The notes under the pieces are model-generated. The model had not been told where the DNA came from, did no database searches, and worked only from the letters and a program-made list of their open reading frames with translations. DNA of 63,481 nt, the filler included, from Choristocarpus tenellus KU-1152 (Eukaryota; Protista; Phaeophyceae): assembly GCA_964200185.2 (NCBI GenBank). It is 7 parts of 7 records of this genome, joined end to end, with 100 filler letters (N's around TTAATTAATTAA, not from the genome) between each part and the next. Parts side by side here need not be neighbours in the genome. Positions count along the whole stretch, not along the records: positions 29,926 to 45,713 come from CAXNAD020000927.1; positions 45,814 to 52,494 come from CAXNAD020007577.1; positions 52,595 to 55,667 come from CAXNAD020022510.1; 4 more parts are not named here. The stretch is one strand, 5' to 3'. Position numbers and translations under genes: made by a program. Below, piece by piece: positions 40,901-53,596 of the stretch (position 1 is its first letter; every line of letters starts with the position of its first letter).

Positions 40901-42428
40901 GGTGAGACAGATAATATGGAAAGAGTGAGAAGAACATAGTGTGCAGTAAAGACGTTCTAGATCACCTACACTTTCAAAACAACTTGTTACAGGGAAGCTA
41001 TGTCCTTGGTATAGGGACTGCATATCATGCTGTGTGTTTGATGTACCGTTTCACGACAGGAGCACACTTTGGGTTCACGACTGTGCCCACCCCACCCCAC
41101 AGCAAGCTTCCTCTATCGCCATCCCCTGTACCTCTCAAATGTCCTCATTCTTGTGGGCCTTGCTGCTTTGTATTTTCTGTATTTCACTCAGTCCCTGCCA
41201 CATACTATCCCCTTCTGCAGTGGTTATTGACCTTACCTCACTCTGTTCCTTACCTGCACCTTCATCTATCCCCGCCCTCTGGCCCCATCCCCATAATCAA
41301 CGGTTCCAAATCCGTCTGAGGATGTAAGATGTAATGGGGGTAGACGAAGTCAGTACTCGACATAGAAAGCAAGTGCAAAATGTCCTTCAGGAGAATGGTT
41401 TTGAGGCCAAATAGAGATATACCACCAACATAAAGACATAGAGTAAGGTATATAGCCAAGCGTAAGTGTCATCATTGGTTTCTTTCACTGTCATATCGTT
41501 TCGTTAAAGCTGTGAATTCTATAGTACTTTGATGTACTCTTTGCATTAAACAACCCTCTCTATAAACAAAGATTCACGAACAAAGCTGTGTGTGATAGTC
41601 CTTACGAGAACAAGTTGTGTGCTTAACTGAAAACCATAGGGACAGGGTGAGGATGAGTTGACCTGAATCATTGTATACCCTCCTGCCAATCTTGTTCCAA
41701 CAAACTCATTACCCCCAACTGTTGTCACCACAGATGAACCGAAGATTGGGATTGTCGTTTTGGCTGTTTCCATTCCCGTGGTTTTGGTGCTGTTCGGGAT
41801 GATGGCTTGCTTCTTTGTCATCAAACCAAAGAGGGCTATGCGGAAAGCTGCTATTGAGAGCCAGGTTGCGGCTGGAAGAGGAGGGGGAGGACAAGGTACC
41901 AAAAATGAAAAAAATATTCAGAGTACCGCCAAGTAATTGTTCCTGATGCCCTATCCCTGTCAATGGAAGTTTGTACTCTTGCCAACCCCCTAACATGTTT
42001 TGGTTGCACAAGGGTATTTAAATACTCTACAAGCATGCTCCTCATCTTGTGAAACCAATGAACCTGTGGTATCTACCACGAGATGGAAATGTTGTAGGAG
42101 TGTATTTCCTCCTGTCTAAGGTTAGGGCCTATGTAAACAATGTTGGTAATCACTCGATTCCAGATCATCATTCCCATCTCCACCTCCATCTCATCTTTTT
42201 TATTGTCTTTTGGCAATAGGTGACAATCTTGGTTCAGGTCTGAGTCGTTCTAAGAGTTCAAGGTCATCATTGGTACCTGACTCAGGTCACTTTCCATCAA
42301 GAAGTGCATCATTGAGTAGCAACCAAAGAGAAGAATTTGAGAAGTACACCAGCAATAACGATGTCGCTTACCACCAGTGGGTTGAAAATGGGTCTCCCAT
42401 GGAGTCAAGGATACCACCATTACACTAG
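30271..42428 (+). CDS. Single-pass membrane protein: hydrophobic N-terminal segment, 7 RCC1/BLIP-II repeats, S/T/P-rich stalk, TM helix, Ser-rich tail; first exon/start uncertain
   Basis: Exons 30271-30474, 31940-32126, 34105-34292, 35335-35517, 36204-36296, 36835-36921, 37210-37394, 38045-38225, 38760-38939, 40721-40901, 41734-41895, 42220-42428 join in frame. Repeat CWGxNxxGQLGxG...EMGDxLxxVDLG...SAGxxHxCALL; TM IGIVVLAVSIPVVLVLFGMMACFFVI followed by KPKR. Confidence 0.88.
34901..34957. repeat. (AC)n microsatellite
   Basis: Direct reading. Confidence 0.95.
37496..37617. repeat. 61-bp tandem duplication (2 copies) in an intron
   Basis: atggt(a/g)tatagtat...cacagagtagtaga.catgggaagcatatgaaaaggtctgcatc twice with few mismatches. 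Confidence 0.9.
39049..39315. mobile_element. MITE family C
   Basis: TIRs gggtcgaagtaagcgagaggtacccagattt / aaatctgggtacctcttgcacatactttgactc. Confidence 0.75.
40053..40231. mobile_element. MITE family B, complete copy
   Basis: TIRs ggctcaaagtaact / agatactttgaacc; 4-bp TSD tact; colinear with 6515-6692. Confidence 0.88.
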
Positions 42429-44979
42429 ATTATTTGTGACTGATTCCTGCTTGAGAAGAGGGGGAAGGTTGAAAGTTGGATCATTCTACTAATCAATATG
42501 ATATCTATACAGAGGTTAGTCTCCTGGTAGTGTAAATATTTATTTTTGTACCCTCTTCCCTATGCCTTTATCCGGATGTAGTTCTGTTCTGAAGACTCAA
42601 GGTTCAACCAGTGTGCACTAAGGGCAGTCAGATGGTTAACTATTGGTGTGGATAAGGGGTGCCAGAAATAGAGTCAGTGTTATTGTGTATTCCGCAATTT
42701 AGCGTTGCACATTTTGTTGTGTTTGATTTAGAATACACGAGATCCTGACAGATTTCACCCCCAATAATCCCTCCTGTATTATCCCACTATATCGGCATGT
42801 TCCAGTCTTGAGAAGAAAAAAGAAATTGTGTTAGGAAATCAGATATGATGAGGTGTATGATGAGGTATTACTCCAACTTCGCTTGTTGCGAGACTGTGAG
42901 TATAGGTGATTTACTATAGTGCATGTAGTATATTTTTGTGCATCGAGTTTGATTTAGTGTGTGCTTCCTTCTTGGCGGGCACATAGATTATTTAATTTGT
43001 TACCTGCAGCAGAAGCTGTTGAGGCTTGGTGCCAAAGCAGCTACCTACCAGATGCACCAGTGTTTAAGGTGCTTTTAGTTCTCTGGGAATAAGGTGGATA
43101 AATTCATTTTGGTGTTGTGTGCAAGAGGTTGTGCTCAGGCAATGCTGTGGTCAAACACAAGGCTTTATATCTCCCACCTTACCCCTGTAGGTGAGACCAA
43201 CAAGAAATAACCTCAGGGCATGACAGATAAGCTGTGCCACCAGGCTGTGGCTTGCAGATTTTGTGAGAGCAGTGGTTATGCAGACCTTAAAGTGTTGTAT
43301 TGTTGTAGTGTGTGAAAAAGTCCCATTTTTTTTAGTCGATTTCTGGTTGGAATCGATATTCTAGCGATTGTAATTGTAAAGTTCTTCACACAATTTTTGC
43401 CACAGTTTTTAGCTGTGCGGTAATCAAGAGTTCAAATGATAGCTCAGATTCTTGGCAATAAATAATATTTTCAGCATGTTGTGAGTGTCATATCTCAACA
43501 ATTCGGTTTAATTGAGGGAGTCGAAATGGTTAACTTTTCCTTGAGTCCCACGGGAAATTTGAAGTACTTCAATTTTCTATTACACGCTCAGACTGTTCTT
43601 TTTCTGTTCGGGCACACCAACAATCACCCTGATGTACCTTGTAGTTGTACTTCTTAGCCGCTTTGGCACTCCCATCCACATTGGACCAAAACCTTCAGAG
43701 ATCTTCTCCAGGTTATCAACAGTCCCAGCCAACACACTCTCCTTCTGAATGCATTTTGTCATTTGTGACTGCACATGCCTGATGAACTTTGCACAGTCTG
43801 TTTTACCTTCCACCCCCCATACCATCTCAGCTGAGGTTCAGGATTACCATACCATCCCAGTCACGTCTGATTCAAGACTTTTGAGGTGGAGTGCTTATTG
43901 TTAAGCCTGAGGCACACCTTAACATGCTGCAAAAAGAGGTACATTGATTGAAAGAGGGTAATAGTGGGGTCAAGGTAAGTCTCCACCCCCTAAGAAAGAT
44001 CTCAGCCCTCTCAACTAAATATTGTGGTCATACTCCTCCAAAATGCTGACTTGCCACTGCCACACCCTCCGAACTAGATGTGCGGAATGATTACCCTGCC
44101 CCTTGGATTTTATCTCCTGACAGGATTCAGGATCAGTCGTCTATTAAATAATGCATCTTATCATGAATAATTTACAAAGGTAGTATTATATTGGGTTATG
44201 TCAGATTTAGTTTTCAGCAACAAGGGGGGTTTTATATGTACATCTTTGAGTTCAAACAATCCTTAACCGCTTCAAGTTCCAATCCGTGGAATTATTCTAC
44301 TCACATAATGTCAGGTGGATAAATCATTTGTGAATCTCGTGCTGGATTTTCAGGCTGCCATTTACTGCTCATTACCACAATAATATACACAAGTGCAAAG
44401 AAAGGTGAATTCACAGCCTCGAAATCATACATTACCACCCCATCAAACTGTTTAACCGTCTTTTCGCCTCACTTCTTCGAACACTCAAAACCCATAAACC
44501 ATTCCAAGGCATACACAAGTCAAATATAGAGGTTTGATCTAAACAATGTGAAATAACCATATTAATTAATATAGCAAATAGCTGATCATGGAATTATAAT
44601 ATCCAAGCTCACTCACTCACTCCATACATACACACTGCTTCTATGGGAAGAGAGAGCCACCCCACCTACTATTTCCAGATGATTGAATCCATGCTTTTGA
44701 AGTAGGAGTTTCTGCTTTGTATTTGTCTTTGTTTTAACCTAGAAAAAATAAAACTGCAGTCACTCATATTTGTGACGTTCCCTCTTTTTTTCGACATGGC
44801 TCTGGTTATCGAATTATTTGTTACACAAAATATACACATTTTTTCTAGTATCATTACCATTGCATTATTTTGGGGATTATTCCAACTTGCAATCAGCGAC
44901 ACTACATATTGAATGAACCACTCACTTCTCATACAAATTGCTGAATAAAATGCATGCATACACCACGACTAATGGTACA

Positions 44980-45600
44980 GCATCCATTACTACCTTGTTT
45001 CTTGCGAGTTGGTTCCAATCCATTTTATTCCTCGAATCTTCTCCTGGTTCCTTCCCGAAACACTTGAGACTCTGAATCTCTCCCAGAGTTCGAGTCTTGG
45101 TAGGACCCCTCTTTTTTCCACGTAGGAATAGAGGTAGGTCTCTCTCAGATGTCTGACTTGTAGTGGTTACATGCAGCAGTACAACATAAGTGTCCATCTC
45201 AACCTTGGTCTGGCGTTATTGTATATAGAATAAGCACGGATGGGATAGTGCGTATGTACAATTTGTTCTAGTTGCAACATGGAAAAGGAGGATCATTGAA
45301 ACCAGATTTCCATGAAAAAAAGTCGATCATTGGACAAAGTCCAAACCGGTAAAAATCCATCCCATCACCTTCACTGAGTCAAAAGGATATCTGGACTTCA
45401 AACCACTGGCTTAACCCCACCTAGCCCCAAACTTTGTCAGAGGCACTGCATATTATACTACATTTTCTCAACTATGGACATACTGTTACACAACGACACT
45501 AATGGCGATGAATGCCCCATGCATGCCATGACTTTTTCTTGGGCGTTGGGTTCATCGATCCCATCACTCGTCACTCAATCTCCTCAAATCTTCTTGTAAA
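44980..45600 (-). pseudogene. Possible highly decayed RTE-like LINE C-terminal fragment
   Basis: KKRGPTKTR..IQSLKCFG..DWNQLARNK loosely resembles the RTE C-terminal GRP.K.W...DL...W..LA.DR pattern; weak. Confidence 0.3.
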
Positions 45601-45602
45601 GT

Positions 45603-45713
45603 GGCTCAAAGTATCTGGGGGGGGGGAGGGGGGGGGTGGCGACTGTCCATTTGGAGTCAAGTGTTTCATGTCACCATTTTTGTGCGATTTGGTTGCATAA
45701 GTCGGATGGGTAA
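45603..45713. mobile_element. MITE family B, inverted partial copy at contig end
   Basis: ggctcaaagtatct+G-run+gactgtccatttg... is the reverse complement of the family B right half. Confidence 0.8.
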
Positions 45714-45845
45714 NNNNNNNNNNNNNNNNNNNNNNNNNNNNNNNNNNNNNNNNNNNNTTAATTAATTAANNNNNNNNNNNNNNNNNNNNNNNNNNNNNNN
45801 NNNNNNNNNNNNNAGGGGTGCTGTGGTCCGGCTTCTGCTTCTCCA

Positions 45846-45990
45846 TCAGGGGGTCCATTTGAGCCCTGACCAGGAGAAGTGCACTTATATTATCCATCCG
45901 ACACATGCAACCAAATCGCCAAAAAATCATGACATGGAAAAATGGACCTCGAATGGACAGTCACCACCACCACCCCAGATACCTCGAGCC
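45846..45990. mobile_element. MITE family B, partial copy near contig start
   Basis: gtccatttgagccctgaccaggagaagtgcactta...gaatggacagtcacc...cagatacctcgagcc. Confidence 0.8.
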
Positions 45991-46552
45991 CAATGTCAAT
46001 AACTGTTGACATTGACAAGTGTTTGTGATCTGACAATGCTTGACAAGTATTATACGATGATTTTGATCAACACTCTGACGTGTGAGAACACAAGTCCATG
46101 TACGGGATCAAAAGTCAACACAGCAGATGGAAATAAGAGACACCGTGCTCACACTTCTCCATCTCACATACTGATATGAATGGAAGTATTCCTCACGACG
46201 ACTTTAATATTCCAAGAGGACACTAGGACGTATGATGTTGGTGGCTCAATCCTCAATACGATACAAGGTGACTGTTACATCATACCAGGAGCATCATGCC
46301 ACTCAAGAACAAGGCAAATGTGACTCACCTCAGGTCTCCATCACTTACCTAATGGTGGACTTGAATCTTCGTTTTTTTGTCGAGTTTCGTCATTTCATGA
46401 TGATCAAAAAATGCATTTCATGAAAACGAGACATGATGTAATGAACCGTCACCTCACTAATGTGCCTGGTGACATGATCTCTTCACCATCGCATGTGTCC
46501 ATTCATGCAAATGAGGAGAGTTGAGAGGTAAAATAACAATCATAAAATTAAT

Positions 46553-46810
46553 GAGTGAAATTGTCTTAGAGGGTACGAGTTTTGCGCTGTTTGTCCGTTG
46601 GGACTTGACTTCCCACGGGTTTTTATAACATTTTCCTACTCCGAAATGTTTCGGAATAAGTCGGATGTTTACGTTATGAAATGTGTATCCGAGACAAGGA
46701 TAATTGACACTACTTCCTAACACGCGATAGCCAAAATTACATCAAAATCGCAATATTGGATTTTGTTCCTCAAACGGACACGGCTCTACCCTCTTAAGAT
46801 ACTTTGACTC
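46553..46810. mobile_element. MITE family A
   Basis: gagtgaaattgtcttagagggtac ... taccctcttaagatactttgactc; flanked by aat/aat. Confidence 0.88.
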
Positions 46811-47959
46811 AATTTATACTTCAGAGAGTGTGAACATCCACGAACATGTATATAGAGTCAATTCGCAAAGATTGATAGACTTGGTAAAGACGAGATGTCA
46901 AGTCAAAGCTGGTCGTGAACAGGTTGATTGAGATCTGTCACCAGTTATCTAATCTCTTAACAACATCATAGACTAAACCCATCTATGACAATGTGACTAC
47001 AAATGATCATCTAACAAAAATGGTCAACCGATGTAAACAATATTAATATGAGGGTTACAGAAGATCTGGACCAAGGCAGACAAGTCATGAAAAAGATTGG
47101 CAAAGAATCCTGTTCTGAAATGGTTCTGAAAGAATGGAACACAAAATGAGTCCATATTTCTGATCGTTTTTTAATGTTCCTGCTGCTGCAACGTGGAGTC
47201 GCACAAAACTCTCACAACCCCCATGGCGAGCCCCCACAGCCCGTCATTCCTGGCACAAAGTCCACCATCTCAGGGAAAGAACTGTGAGCTAACCGAGGAA
47301 GGTCACACCGCACTTGCTCTGCGTTACGCATTGGCTCTTCCGAGGGGTGTGGGGTCTAAATTAGCAAAAGAGTTTGGAGTGGGAGAGACACCCTAGATGG
47401 ATGTGGGCGTGCGTCAAAGAACAGTCAAACAGGAGGAATACCGTCTCCCTGAAATCACAAGCGCAATCTATCTGTTAATTTTTACGCCAACGAAACAAGC
47501 GAAGATCCAGTGTCAAGAACAAGATTCGATGTGATATTTTATGTACGCACAGACGATGATGCGGCGAGACATTAAGGATATTTAGGCGGGGTATTTGACT
47601 AGAAGCAATTGGCGGAATATTATATTCGGAATGTTTCTGACGTGTGTTAGAGAACTGTTGAGTCATTTGGTATTCTGATTCATTTACTGTAAGGTGTGGT
47701 GAGCCCCATCTAGTGATAGTGTCTCACTCTCTTTTCAACTGTGATACAAACCAATATAAGCAATAATATAACTGGTTGTGTGGGACAACAGATCGTCAAG
47801 GACAGCTTAACATGTTATAGCATTATTTTGTAAGCATGCTTGCATGTTAATATATTTGGATCTTAACTATCATCAGGAAGGAGTCAAGACAAACAAAATG
47901 ATGCCCAGATCGAGATTTGATTCAAGTCTGAACTCAATTGATGACGGAGTTGAAGGACT

Positions 47960-50240
47960 GTTAATGACCCGTTGGGGGGTGAGATTCGAGATGGGACATC
48001 AGCCGCACAATGGGGCGAGGTTGGGGTTGGGGCTAGAGATACGGCGGCCATGGGGCTAGACCCATGCTTGTACGTAAGTTAACACAATACTCCTCCAAAT
48101 AACCTGCGTTCAAGGGGGAACCAGGAATGTGGAGGAAGTGGAGCAAAATGTTTCTTACACACACTCTCTCATTGGAATGGAGGGAGCCACTGGTAATGAA
48201 GGAACATCTAAGGGTACTGTCATTGGAGTATTCCTCGACAGGTACGGACCCGTATCTTCACCATGCAATGACGTACGCAATTTATGGCCTAGAGAAGGTG
48301 ACAGCTGGATCTGCATTGGACATCATTTTAACGTGCGAATCTCCGAGCGAAGCATTTGCTGCACTTGTCAAGAACTATACTCATTCTGGACAAACTGAGA
48401 GAAATCTCGTGAAACGGCAATTGGTGGACATGGCGCTGGAACCTGGGGGAGATCCTGCTGACATCATTAACCGACAGGAGGCTCTTACAATGGAGCTGAA
48501 GAGCTTGGGAGGTTCCGTGACAGAGGAAGATTGAGTGGGTTGGCTACAAAATACCACTGCATCAATGAATGTGAATGGGCTGCACGCGTGATTAGGTTAT
48601 ATTCATCAGGGGTTGGACATTAAAGGCGCTTCGGTCCAGAACATTTTGTTAAATGGGACGTGGGGAGCATCTTGTCGAGGTTGCCCACTCGGCAAGGGTC
48701 ATATGAATAGGCACCCAATTCCAAAGGAGATAGAGAATCATGCTTCGGTAAAGCAGGAAGGTGGTTCCACGGACTCGACCGGAGCGAATGCAACATCAGA
48801 GGAGGATGTTGTGACGTCTGATGACCTCGCCCAGGAGAGGGCTAGAAGAGTCGGTTTCGCACAGGATGAGGCTGGAGGTATCGACCTAACCCACACTGGG
48901 ACTAGAGATGTCGATTGCGGAGGATCAATGTTTGAGGCCACTACATCAGTGGAGGATGCTGTAGTGAAGCGTACGCTTCCCCCTGAGGGGGTTGAAGTGA
49001 ACACCATAGTCCCAGGGGGATTGTTTGGGGGGGAGGGATCCACCCCAAAGATGGCATGGGCAGTTATTGATCCAGGGGGGTCAACAAGTACATATACAAC
49101 ATTAGTGTCCCCATACATGGATTTTGGGGTAGGGGGTTTGATGACTGAGGAAGTTCAACCAGGTCTGAGTGGGACTATGGATGAGTCCAGTCAAGATGCT
49201 TCTACGAATGTTCTGGTAAGTCCTGGGATAGCAGGAATGCAAGGGGGTTGGTGATGGAGAAAAAGGACACTGCCATTGGTGATGTGGACCCAGTGTCACA
49301 GCAGGGGAGTGTGAGGAAGAAAGCACTGCGACAAGTGGATCCGAATAAAGACCCTACATCTGAACCGGGCGAACTAATGGAGGATTTGCCTGGAATTGAG
49401 CAGGAATTGAAAATGCGAGGGGCAATGGAGTCAGAGGAGTAGCCCTTGCGGAATGGGGCTGTGGATGAGGTAATGGGAATACAAAACTGACATTCAAAGA
49501 CACAGCTTGCTTACTCATTAAATTGGGACAAGATTTTCGACCGGGGCAGATGGATAAAAAAGGGAGAGTGCAGAGGTCCAAGGCGGGAGTAGGACGATTA
49601 GAAGAGAAGAGAGTGGAGCAGGAGAGACCTGTTCCAGACAACTATATATCTATGATCGGTGATATATAAATGTGGGTATCAATCATGGCGAGGTCAGATG
49701 TAGCATCAGCAGTAAGGAGCCTAGCTATGAAGCGTGTAAATCCCACAGTGATGGATTTGAAAGGGGCCGAAAGAGTGACTTCATATTTGTTGAGGACAAG
49801 TAGGAGGGGCTTGACTTTTGGTGATTTCAGTTTTTATGGTGATACACCTAGGAACCAACTCATTGGCTATCCTGATGTAGACTACGCGCCAATTGTGATA
49901 TTTTAATATTTCTGTGTCTGGTGGCGTGGTAATGTTTAGGGGTGCATGTGTGAGCTGGTGGTGTAGAATGCAGAAGACTGTTACTTTATCTACCACTTAG
50001 GCTGAGTATATGTCGTTGTGTGATTTCGCCAAGGAGGTTATGTTTTTGCAGCGAATATATTTGTTTTAAAACCAACTATGCACAAGTATTGTGTACGATT
50101 GCTTGAAGACAATAGTGGAGCAATCAAGTTGGCTGAGAAGACAGCTTCGGGGGGTAGGACAAAATATATAGATACTAGATATCATTGTGTAAGGAACTTT
50201 GGTGAAGGAGGGGGAGACACAGATTGTCTATGTAATGCAG
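47960..50240 (+). mobile_element. Decayed Ty1/Copia LTR retrotransposon internal region (gag, pre-integrase remnant, RT/RNase H)
   Basis: Gag-like ESPSEAFAALVKNY..LVDMALEPGGDP; CRGCPLGK; RSDVASAVRSLA, LIGYPDVDYA, VSWWCRMQKTVTLSTT*AEY, EDNSGAIKLA..RTKYIDTRYHCVR (Copia RNase H); many stops; no LTR pair identified. Confidence 0.85.
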
Positions 50241-50437
50241 TCGGCACCTCAAAGCTTCATTGCTGGCTTGAAGACATGGGAACAAGGGTTAAGTGGCGCA
50301 TCAGCACTAGCCTTTCGTTTTCTCACAAGAAGAACAGGGTGGACTTATCCTTATCCTCGACCAGATCTCCCGTAACCACAAAACCTACAGGATTAGCCTC
50401 AACGCCATTCGCATTGACAAGGCATGGTTCTACCTCA

Positions 50438-50682
50438 GAGTGAAATTATCTTAGAGGGTACAAGTCTTACCCTGTTTGTCTGTTTGAGGCTTGGCTTCCC
50501 CCACGAGCTTTTTTATGACATTTTACCTACTCCGAAATGTGTACGTTATGAAAGGTGTGTTCGGAACAAGGATATTGACACTACTTCCTAACAAACACGA
50601 TAGCCAAAATTGCATCAAAATCGCAACATTGGATTTTGGCATCCAAATGGACACGGCTCTACCCTCTAAGATACTGTGACTC
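50438..50682. mobile_element. MITE family A inserted into the mariner ORF
   Basis: TIRs as other copies; flanked by tca/tca; removing the element and one tca restores WFYL-IHE. Confidence 0.9.
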
Positions 50683-53596
50683 TCATCCACGAATGAGAGA
50701 TCGTGCGCATGTTCCCAGGGGAGAAAAAGGAGGGCTCGGCGAAGGTGCAGCACAAGAGTCACATTCCCAAAGTGATGTTCATCTCTGCCATTTCGCGCAC
50801 AGATCTTTCTCATGATTTCGACAGCAAGATCGGGATCTGACGAGTTTGTGTCATGAAGGAAGTATAACGGACTACAGTGCGGCACACAAAGGGCAAGGAG
50901 TATGAGGTTGACATCACCGTTGAGCTGAGATGTACCCGGAGTGGTACACGGAGGAACTGTTGCCAGTGATCTTGGAAAAATGCCATGGCTGGAATTGGGG
51001 GGGGGCTCCATACAGCAGGACGACGCAACCCCACCTACGGGCAAGGGTATGGTGCAGAAGTTGAACACAGCAGGGATGGAGGAGGGATGGAACATTAAGC
51101 TTGTGACACAGCCAGCACAGTCGCCGGATCTCAGAATCAACGATTTGGGATTTTTTATATCCTGGAAGAGCAGGATTTGGGCAGAGCATTATGGCACCAT
51201 TGATGAACTTGTAGAGGGGGTTTCAAGCATGTTCCACACGTACAACGCAAATACGCTCAAGAGGGTGTGGCAGGGTCTATTTAAGAGGTACAATCAGGTG
51301 TTAAGGAAGATGGGGGGGAAGGATTTCAAGGTAGAGCACACCGAGACCAACAAAAGGTAGCAGGAGGGCGGGTTGGCTAGATCATTTGAAGTAGACCGAG
51401 CAGCCTCTGCAGCGGCCCTGGATTGGTGAATTGGCGTTATAGAATAAAAGCTCAACATACTTTTTTAATATAAAATATTCCAAGGAAACTAAGACAAAGA
51501 TTCGTTTTGTAATCGGAGGTCATCCCGAAGAGCTATAACCTAACGGTCCAGACTTCTGGGACAGAGGGAGTATGTAGTATTTTGTGGAGTGCATAACGTG
51601 TCCCATACATTCCACATCCCTCATACTACTTCTCCTTCTATTGCTAATCAATACCACTCTACAACTAGCTTTTACTAATAGTAGGACTAATCCACGTATT
51701 TGTTCATTCTTTGTCTTGTGAGATGCATCATGATAAGTACAGAGAACATCAATGGGTTATCACTCTTTTTCATATTATTAATGAGCGTTGGTCCCGAACC
51801 TGACAAAAGTTAGTCTCTTGATCTTTTGACACCACTCTATCTATTATTTTATATGTTCTTGTCCCCCTTACCGATATGCTTTTGTAATAGTATTAGTAGC
51901 TGCAAATCGTACTGCTAGTAGTAGTAGTTGTAGTCCTACTAGTAGTAGTGGTAGTGGTAGTGGTGAAACAAAAAAGGACACAGTTTCATGTTTTTCGTTT
52001 AAGTGTTGTAAGAAAACGATTCTGTTGGTGCGCTTGGTGCATGGCATGTACCAGAGATCGTATCGATAGATTGGTGGCAATCGAGGGATTGGTGTTCTGT
52101 GTTTTTCTAGGTACTGGTTGTCTCACTCTGAAGACAAAGTGAGCGAGATCCATGGTTAGCTAGTGGAGACAATTACAAAAAATAAAAACAAAAACACTAA
52201 AATTTAGGAACACCATTTTTGGGTAAGATCAACCTCACACCTCATCAAACAGACTTGGGAACAACGTGACTCCATCCAACTCTGTTATGCATCCATTGGT
52301 GCCAGGCCATACAGTGTCCATTGCCAAGGTATATACATCACTACAAATCATAGTCACCGCGGGGACCAGAGTGGGATACTGATACTTGACAACACATCCC
52401 ATTGGGGAGGGTTGAATGGATCCCCTCCCCCCCCCCTCTATCTAGTACCTGTTCTTGCCTCTTTGACACAAAAAGTGTGTACGGTAGATTCATGNNNNNN
52501 NNNNNNNNNNNNNNNNNNNNNNNNNNNNNNNNNNNNNNTTAATTAATTAANNNNNNNNNNNNNNNNNNNNNNNNNNNNNNNNNNNNNNNNNNNNCCCCCC
52601 CCCCCCCCCCCAACTATACCCTAATACTATTTTATCGAATTCTGGACTTATTGCTACGATACTACATCATAATGGATTGTAGAGTTCTGGGCATGTCGAC
52701 TATTCCCTGTTGCAGGAGTCCTGTATTTCTTTTCTTTTGAAAAGCACCAAGGCTACATGACTCCATGTATCCTGCACTTATTGTCTCTTCTCCATGACGT
52801 AGGAATAAAGCAAAGAGAGATGGGACTCCAGCAATACCGCCAAATTGTCCCTTCTTTTCTCAGGAGAATAAGAAGATGTCTTGTTCAACTCGGTACCAAA
52901 AAATAGTTTTATTGCAGCTGGAAAGGTGGACGATCTTGATGAGGTAGTCTTGTTGTCCGACTGTGGGGAACAAACAGAGGATCGGAGACCACACAGCAGT
53001 CAAGGCACAGGAGAAGATATCTCCACTGTGACACTGTTGCTTTTGGAGGGTGGAGAATGCTTGTGGGGAAGAGGACAAAGACAAGACATAGTCGGATACA
53101 GCGTATCCCATAAATCAACAGCAGCTGTAGAGTATTGTGGCATGAGGAAACTAAATAAAAGAACATATCCCCACCTGTCACCATACAGCCTTGAACAAGA
53201 TCATGTGTGTCAGAACTATCCTGTGCATATCTGTACTCTACAGTTTATGCACGGTAACGTCTTGAAAAGAGAGATGCATGCAAATAATCCTCTCTACTCC
53301 TTCACCTTCTCAAGTAGAAGTGGTACCTCAGAAGCCTGAACTGAAGCAGCACTGGTCAGAACATTTTCCTCTCCTTCTGATGTGTCTGCAATCATAGCTG
53401 TTGAAAAAACATTTGAAAGCTTCAGTGAGAGGACACCTGTTTGAGTTTGTATTGTACTGTTCTGTTGCCTGGAAATATTCACACCTTGGTGGGCTAACTA
53501 CAACAGAAGAAAGGGATATGCTTAAATGAACAAAAATAGAAGTGTTACACACAAACACACACAAGATTAAATCAGCGTGTTCAAGGGTATAACAAA

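Larger units (their letters stand above)
47193..51570 (+). mobile_element. Decayed plant-type (DD39D-like, here DD40D) mariner transposon, interrupted by a Copia remnant and a MITE
   Basis: N-terminal LPRGVGSKLAKEFGV (47193-47470); catalytic part 50240-51430: IDKAWFYL, VQHKSHIPKVMF, IQQDDATP, QPAQSPDLRINDLGFF; stops and frameshifts; right TIR gggacagagggag followed by TA at 51558-51572 (Stowaway-type CTCCCTC.GTCCC). Left TIR not found; linkage of the 5' piece is inferred. Confidence 0.8.

Noticed and set aside
47474-47820. Possible 5' LTR of the Copia remnant
   Set aside because: TG starts and a CA end exist, but there is no matching 3' LTR or clear PBS, so boundaries are unsupported
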